Of a DNA stretch of 12,818 nucleotides, positions 6,569 to 12,818 are shown one piece after another; the stretch's first letter is position 1, and each line of letters opens with the position of its first letter. This DNA is from Fidelibacterota bacterium (lineage in GTDB: Bacteria; Fidelibacterota; Fidelibacteria; Fidelibacterales; DSDE01). The stretch lies in contig JBJKQR010000073.1 in assembly GCA_046735395.1 (NCBI GenBank), positions 1 through 12,818 on the forward strand. Reading direction: 5' to 3'. The notes beneath the pieces were generated by a model. That model searched no databases and had not been told where the DNA came from. It worked only from the letters and a program-made list of their open reading frames with translations. Both the position numbers and the translations under genes were made by a program.

Positions 6569-7714
6569 ATGCATAGATCAAAATTTTTTCTGCTCCTTCT
6601 GCTGGGCAGTCTGAACCTGAACGCGCAATGGCTGGCGGATATCTCCAGCTATTCCGTTTACGACAATAACATCTTTTCCAATTATAAAAATGACGGCGAC
6701 ATCTATTTCATACCGGCTCTGCATCTCAGCAATATTCAGGAAAACAGCGAATGGTTTTATGACGGCAGTTTTATCCGGATGACCCAAAATACGCGCTACA
6801 ATTCCGCAGATCATGAGGCCGGTGTTGAATTTTTTCCGCTTCTGAAGGGGTCACCGAACCGCCTGATCCTGGGCGCCGCCGGCGGAATCCGCCAGAATGA
6901 CCCGGACTACCATTACCGGAATTATTCGGAATTCAAAACCTACGCCTCCGCGAAAATGTACCCGTTCATGAATACCCTGACCCGCTTTTCCGCATCCTTC
7001 AAGGCTCGCCGCTTCCCGGATGATGTGTCCTGGAATCTGTCCTGGGATTATAATGAACTGGATCTCTATGCCCAGCAGAATCTGTTTCTTTCCACGGGCA
7101 CCACTCTGCGCGCCGGCATTCAGGGAATTGTGCGGGATTTCCTGCCCTATAACGCGGTGGTCGACAACGTAAGATATTCGGGAGAATTACCCTCGCTGTA
7201 CCAGGCCGTGGCCACTCTGCGCGTTGCCCAGTCCATTTCTCAGCAGATCGGGGCCTACAGTGAATTTCTCTACCGCTACAACCCTTCCAGATCCAATCCC
7301 TACGAACCGGAAATCATGAGTTTCAGCCCTATCGATGATTATTTCGGATACAGCGAAAGCTCCTGGAAAATCAGTGTAAAATACCGCATCCTTCCCTCAC
7401 TCTCCCTGAGCACGACGGCCGACACCTATTCCCGATCCTATAAAAACCGCCCGGTCTATCTCTACGATTTCGACCAGCAGCAGTTTCTGCTCGACAGCGA
7501 CGGATACTATATTCCCAGCGGCCTCAGCCGACAGGATCGGGGCTATGGCATCAGCGCGGCCTGCAGCTGGCAGCTGAGCTCTCTCTTCAAAAGCAGCAAC
7601 GGCCTGTCTCTGCGCCTTCTGTACGATCTTCAGTCCAACAGTTCCAATGATGCCTATTTCACCTACAGCAAACAATCTCTGGCCCTGCAGCTCGCTGTGA
7701 ATTTTCAGCATTAA
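6569..7714 (+). CDS. Putative outer-membrane beta-barrel protein, 381 aa
   Basis: Signal peptide ...SLNLNA|Q; first-strand motif YDNNIF; Tyr/Ser/Asn-rich alternating amphipathic strands; C-terminal strand SLALQLAVNF. Confidence 0.7.
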   Translation: MHRSKFFLLLLLGSLNLNAQWLADISSYSVYDNNIFSNYKNDGDIYFIPALHLSNIQENSEWFYDGSFIRMTQNTRYNSADHEAGVEFFPLLKGSPNRLILGAAGGIRQNDPDYHYRNYSEFKTYASAKMYPFMNTLTRFSASFKARRFPDDVSWNLSWDYNELDLYAQQNLFLSTGTTLRAGIQGIVRDFLPYNAVVDNVRYSGELPSLYQAVATLRVAQSISQQIGAYSEFLYRYNPSRSNPYEPEIMSFSPIDDYFGYSESSWKISVKYRILPSLSLSTTADTYSRSYKNRPVYLYDFDQQQFLLDSDGYYIPSGLSRQDRGYGISAACSWQLSSLFKSSNGLSLRLLYDLQSNSSNDAYFTYSKQSLALQLAVNFQH

Positions 7715-7817
7715 TTTTCTTCGATACTTATAATCGATGGACCCCCATCGGAAAAAGCGCTTCCCCTGCCGGTGATCACATCATATATTTATAGCCGAAA
7801 TACCGACAGGAGGGAAT

Positions 7818-8510
7818 ATGTCGTCCGGTTTCATACTTTTCGGGAAATACCATCTGGCCGCATTGGGAGTCATTATCGTTGCCAGCATCGTGATTCCACA
7901 GATCATGAAGCGCTACCAGGGCAGCACCATTGAATGGCGCTTCCGCCTGGGGCTCGCAGCCGCCATCTGGCTTCAGGAAATCACTCTGAACATCTACCGC
8001 ATCTCCACCAACACATGGAATGCCCAGACCAGCCTGGCGCTCCATCTCTGCGGCATGTCCGTGGTCGTTCTACCCATCATGCTGTATTACAAGAATTATG
8101 CGCTCTATGAACTGGTGTATTTCTGGGGACTGGGCGGCGCCACACAGGCCCTGCTCACGCCCGACCTGGTCGTGACCTTTCCCCGTTTTCTCTACTTCCA
8201 GTTCTTCACCTCGCACGGGCTCATCATCCTCGCCGTCATTTACGCGACAGTCGTCTTCGGATTCCGGCCGACCCTGCGCTCCGGCGTGAAGGCCTTTTTC
8301 GTCACCGTGGCCCTCATGGTTCCCATCGGACTCATCAACTGGATTCTGGGCTCTAATTATTTCTTCATTTCCCATAAACCTGACACACCGTCCGTCCTGG
8401 ATTTCATGGGCCCCTGGCCTGTGTATCTGCTGGGAATGATCGGTCTGGGCGCCCTGATTTTCTTCCTTGTCTGGCTCCCGATTCCCCTGATCCGCCGGCG
8501 CGAACAATAA
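7818..8510 (+). CDS. YwaF/TIGR02206 (TP0381, TMEM164-like) integral membrane protein
   Basis: Motifs FGKYH, LALHLCG, YFWGLGGATQALLTPDL, FFTSHG, GSNYFF..KP..SVLDFMGPWPVY; multiple TM helices; RBS AGGAGG. Confidence 0.9.
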   Translation: MSSGFILFGKYHLAALGVIIVASIVIPQIMKRYQGSTIEWRFRLGLAAAIWLQEITLNIYRISTNTWNAQTSLALHLCGMSVVVLPIMLYYKNYALYELVYFWGLGGATQALLTPDLVVTFPRFLYFQFFTSHGLIILAVIYATVVFGFRPTLRSGVKAFFVTVALMVPIGLINWILGSNYFFISHKPDTPSVLDFMGPWPVYLLGMIGLGALIFFLVWLPIPLIRRREQ

Positions 8511-8593
8511 GCTGAAGATATCCACTTCATTAATAACCGGATCATATCCTTCCGGCTGTGGCCGGAGATCGTTCAGAATTCATTCCTCTTCAA

Positions 8594-8622
8594 TTGACAT
8601 AGATGGCCATTTTCCATAAATT
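8594..8622 (+). promoter_or_regulatory. Sigma70 promoter of eno-ftsB
   Basis: TTGACA (8594-8599), 17 bp, TAAATT (8617-8622). Confidence 0.75.
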
Positions 8623-8634
8623 CGCTCGAATTAA

Positions 8635-9935
<1,301 letters not shown>

Positions 9936-9936
<1 letters not shown>

Positions 9937-10277
9937 TGATGTCAACCAAATCAAATACAGTTGCAAAGACCTGGAAAAAATATTTTCTCGGTGTTCTTGC
10001 AGCCGTCATATTCCTTGCTGTAGTCTCCTTTTTCCGGGGAGACTACAGTATTATTACCTATGTCCGTCTGAAGCATGATATCCGGCAGGCCGAGACCCAC
10101 ACTCAGGAGCTCAAGGACCAGAAAGTCATCCTCGAGGCCGAACGGGAACGTCTGAAACATGATGATGAATACATTGAAAAACTGGCCCGGGAAAAATACA
10201 AGATGACGGAAAAGGGAGAAAAACTCACCCGGATCATCCGAAGCCCGGAACGAGACAACACTGCATCCAAAAAATAA
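9936..10277 (+). CDS. ftsB: Septum formation initiator (FtsB/DivIC family)
   Basis: Single TM, coiled coil, signature YIEKLAREKYKMTEKGE; TGATG stop/start overlap with eno; conserved eno-ftsB gene order. Confidence 0.88.
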
Positions 10278-12066
10278 ATTAACAAGTCATTCGACCCATC
10301 CTCTTCACCGGATCGCCCTCATCGCCGGTGTTTTTTTTATTCACAGCCTTTTTCCCCAATCTGTCCAGGCCCAGGTCTCGGACACGACCCGTGTCATTCT
10401 CACTCAGCTGAATGATTATTTCCAGCTGAACGCGCTTCAGCATATTTCTGCCCTTCTCCAGGGTGTCCGCTATGAAATCGAAGGATCCTCCTATCTCCGC
10501 TATGATGCAGGCAGCTCGCAGCAGGGACGGTCAAAATCGGAGGATCACCTCATGTCACGCGTTGCCCGGCCGATGAAGAACGGGGACATGGGCATTCAGT
10601 ACTGGTATTTTTCCCTGAAGGATCAGCTCTCCGGCATCAGCAACGATTACAGTAAAAATAACGGCGGCCTGTATCTTCTCAGACAGAATCATTACGAAGT
10701 GGCCGGCGGACTCAGCCGCGAAATCCGGCAGACCATCAGCGAATCCGGCTGGTATATGAATGCCGGCTGGACTCCTGGAAAGAACCGCAGCTTCCGGCCC
10801 CGGGCCGATCTGCGCTACGAACGCTACGGGAACCGCGAAAACACGAATTATAACTTCGCCGTCAACGCTCTGGGCAAACTCGGCACTCTGGGCACAAATC
10901 AATTTTCTGCCTCCTATAACGAGCTCGGACGGGATTATTACATCAGTCCGGACGGAATGCGGGAACAGCGTCTGAATATCAACCGCCTCCTGGATAATCG
11001 AATCGCGCTCTCCCTGCCGGGGCACTGGGGCCTGGGCCACCGGATCCGCTACCGCAGCGATCTCGAACAACTGATTTATGATCAAAAACTCAGCGGCGGT
11101 AAGCGGAATCAGAATTATTTCCAGATGGACAACCAGCTGCAGATTTCCAAAGGCCTGGGGCCCCTGGAGTTTCGAACGATTCTCGGCCTGGTTCAGGAGC
11201 AGAATCAATATTCAAGCAACCGGGAGGAGATCACCACCCCGACGGACTACTCGGTACTGAGAAAGAATATTCAGTATCGCCTGTTGCTGCCGCTGCAGAA
11301 CCCTGACAGCCTGGCCATTTCCTGGCAGGCCGCACTGAACCAGTTCACCACGCCGGACACACTGAATTATGATGACCGGGATGAACTGCGGTATCTTCTG
11401 ACTCTCTCGCTTCACCGGAGCATCAGTCCGCAGATGAATGTGGGAATTTCCGCTCAGATGAATACACGGCACCTCATGTATCTCTCCTCCCGACGCAGTG
11501 CCCAGAATAACATCAACCGCATCTACAGTCTGGAATGTTCGCAAAACCTTCGCCTGAATTCACGGCTGCGCTTTTCCGGAAGTCAGCGGATTTTTGCCAA
11601 TTATTATATTTATGACTACGAAAAACTCTTCCCCATCAGTTTCACCTCCATGATTTTCCGGGGTCTCAGACTCTATGAGAGCGTCTGGATCCATCTGTCC
11701 TCCCGTTTCATAACCGGATTCAGTGGTGAATGGCGTTTTGAGGAGGACGGATTGATTGACTGGGACAATTTTCTGCAGCAGAAGACGGTCAATAGAACCT
11801 ACACCCGCGTTGCGGCGACCCTCCGATACAGCACTGGCCCCGATACATATCTGGAAATTATTCCTTACAGCAGTTACCGGAAGGATACCCGCTATTCCGG
11901 ATCGGATTCGCAGGTGATTCTGGATCCGCTCCGCATCGGATCAAGCTTCGGACTGCACTGGCGCCGCTTTGTCCAGGCCCAGTACAGCATTGAAGATCTG
12001 CGGAGCGCCGGCAGCCACCAGCAGGTCCTTCAGCAGGGACGAGTCGTCATCAGTTATCTGTTTTAA
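10261..12066 (+). CDS. Large putative outer-membrane beta-barrel protein (~600 aa); start uncertain, CTG 10261 proposed
   Basis: Frame is open from 10207 to 12066. Upstream of the track's ATG 10552 it encodes a signal-peptide-like segment HRIALIAGVFFIHSLFPQSVQA|QVSDTT. Amphipathic strands and C-terminal beta-signal GRVVISYLF. Confidence 0.65.
   Translation: MHPKNKLTSHSTHPLHRIALIAGVFFIHSLFPQSVQAQVSDTTRVILTQLNDYFQLNALQHISALLQGVRYEIEGSSYLRYDAGSSQQGRSKSEDHLMSRVARPMKNGDMGIQYWYFSLKDQLSGISNDYSKNNGGLYLLRQNHYEVAGGLSREIRQTISESGWYMNAGWTPGKNRSFRPRADLRYERYGNRENTNYNFAVNALGKLGTLGTNQFSASYNELGRDYYISPDGMREQRLNINRLLDNRIALSLPGHWGLGHRIRYRSDLEQLIYDQKLSGGKRNQNYFQMDNQLQISKGLGPLEFRTILGLVQEQNQYSSNREEITTPTDYSVLRKNIQYRLLLPLQNPDSLAISWQAALNQFTTPDTLNYDDRDELRYLLTLSLHRSISPQMNVGISAQMNTRHLMYLSSRRSAQNNINRIYSLECSQNLRLNSRLRFSGSQRIFANYYIYDYEKLFPISFTSMIFRGLRLYESVWIHLSSRFITGFSGEWRFEEDGLIDWDNFLQQKTVNRTYTRVAATLRYSTGPDTYLEIIPYSSYRKDTRYSGSDSQVILDPLRIGSSFGLHWRRFVQAQYSIEDLRSAGSHQQVLQQGRVVISYLF
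10306..10338 (+). terminator. Possible intrinsic terminator after ftsB, overlapping the signal-peptide codons of the next gene
   Basis: CACCGG-(13 nt)-CCGGTG followed by T8. The loop is long for a terminator. Confidence 0.45.
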
Positions 12067-12154
12067 ATATTTCTTAATGCCGGTCTGTGGCATATGCCGG
12101 TTTCTTCCCTCCGAAAATTCTCGCCGCCTGTTTCAGCATTCCGTATATTCAATT

Positions 12155-12818
12155 ATGATTGATCCGCACGTACATCTTCGCGACTGGGCCCAGTCGGAGT
12201 CCGAAACACTGTCACATGGCTTCCGGGTCGCCCATGAAGCAGGAATTGATGCGGTTTTTGAAATGCCCAATACCCAGCCGGCCATTCTGGACAGGACAAC
12301 GGCCGAAAAACGGATCCGTGACGCCGATGCTGTCCGGGGCGATGTGTTCCACGCCCTTTATCTGGGACTCACGGCGGATGAAAAACAGATCGTTTCCGCC
12401 GTCACGGCCTGGCGAAAATTATTTCCGCGCGTCATCGGCCTGAAACTCTTCGCCGGACAGTCCACCGGAAATCTCTCCGTCCCGGATGGGGTAGATCAGC
12501 AGAATGTATTTCGAATTCTGGCCCGGGAAAAATATAACGGCCTGCTGGCGATTCACGCGGAAAAGGAAGAACTTTTCAATCCTGCCGGCTGGAATCCGGC
12601 TGAGCCCTGGACACATAATCTGGCCCGGCCTCCTCTGGCGGAAAGCGCCTCCGTCTCCGATCTGCTCGAAGTTGCCTCTCTCGCATGTTTCAGGGGAACG
12701 CTGCACATTGCCCATGTTTCCGTCCCCGAATCCGTTGATCTCATTCTCCATCATAAACAGCATTCACAGCTCAGGATAAGCTGCGGCATTACGCCCCACC
12801 ACCTTTTCCTGAACACGG
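12155..12818 (+). CDS. pyrC: Dihydroorotase (amidohydrolase superfamily), 3'-truncated by the window edge
   Basis: Manual translation: MIDPHVHLRDW...FEMPNTQP...GLKLFAGQSTG...IHAE...HNLARP..AE...LHIAHVS...CGITPHHLFL. It has HxHxR, MPNT, the carboxylated-Lys position and the metal-binding His residues. Confidence 0.88.
   Translation, partial: MIDPHVHLRDWAQSESETLSHGFRVAHEAGIDAVFEMPNTQPAILDRTTAEKRIRDADAVRGDVFHALYLGLTADEKQIVSAVTAWRKLFPRVIGLKLFAGQSTGNLSVPDGVDQQNVFRILAREKYNGLLAIHAEKEELFNPAGWNPAEPWTHNLARPPLAESASVSDLLEVASLACFRGTLHIAHVSVPESVDLILHHKQHSQLRISCGITPHHLFLNT

Noticed and set aside
7735..7750. Hairpin CGATGG-ACCC-CCATCG as operon terminator
   Set aside because: 6-bp stem followed by an A-run, not a U-tract, on the coding strand.
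7818..8510. ywaF-like gene as part of the sigma54 operon
   Set aside because: 103-bp gap with its own TATATT element and RBS; no evidence of functional linkage.
8551..8566. Hairpin TCCGGC-TGTG-GCCGGA after ywaF
   Set aside because: Short stem with no U-tract; cannot be called a terminator.
12159..12779. Short track ORFs at 12159, 12419, 12504 and 12553
   Set aside because: Alternative frames over the dihydroorotase gene starting at 12155, which the track missed because it has no stop within the window.

Overview
Bacterial chromosomal window from a diderm (two predicted outer-membrane beta-barrels; FCB-like lineage is only a guess). Left to right: the 5' part of a RelE/HigB-like toxin gene (minus strand, not in the ORF track) with a palindromic operator over its promoter; a GTAG-type REP palindrome followed by a tandem array of its half-sites and an 8-mer tandem repeat; a ChaN/Tiki-superfamily protein fused to a PDZ domain (minus); a divergent ZraS/AtoS-like sensor kinase and NtrC-family sigma54 activator. 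Immediately downstream are candidate enhancer, IHF and -24/-12 sites and a three-gene operon: two secreted Dx[DN]GDG Ca2+-binding-repeat proteins with Gly/Met/His/Arg-rich linkers, plus a beta-barrel. Then come a YwaF/TIGR02206 membrane protein, eno-ftsB, a ~600-aa beta-barrel that seems to need a non-canonical start, and a 3'-truncated dihydroorotase (also not in the ORF track). The best candidate for an undescribed system is the two-component/sigma54/Ca-repeat/beta-barrel module at 2113-7714. All family calls come from motif recognition by eye; no searches were run.
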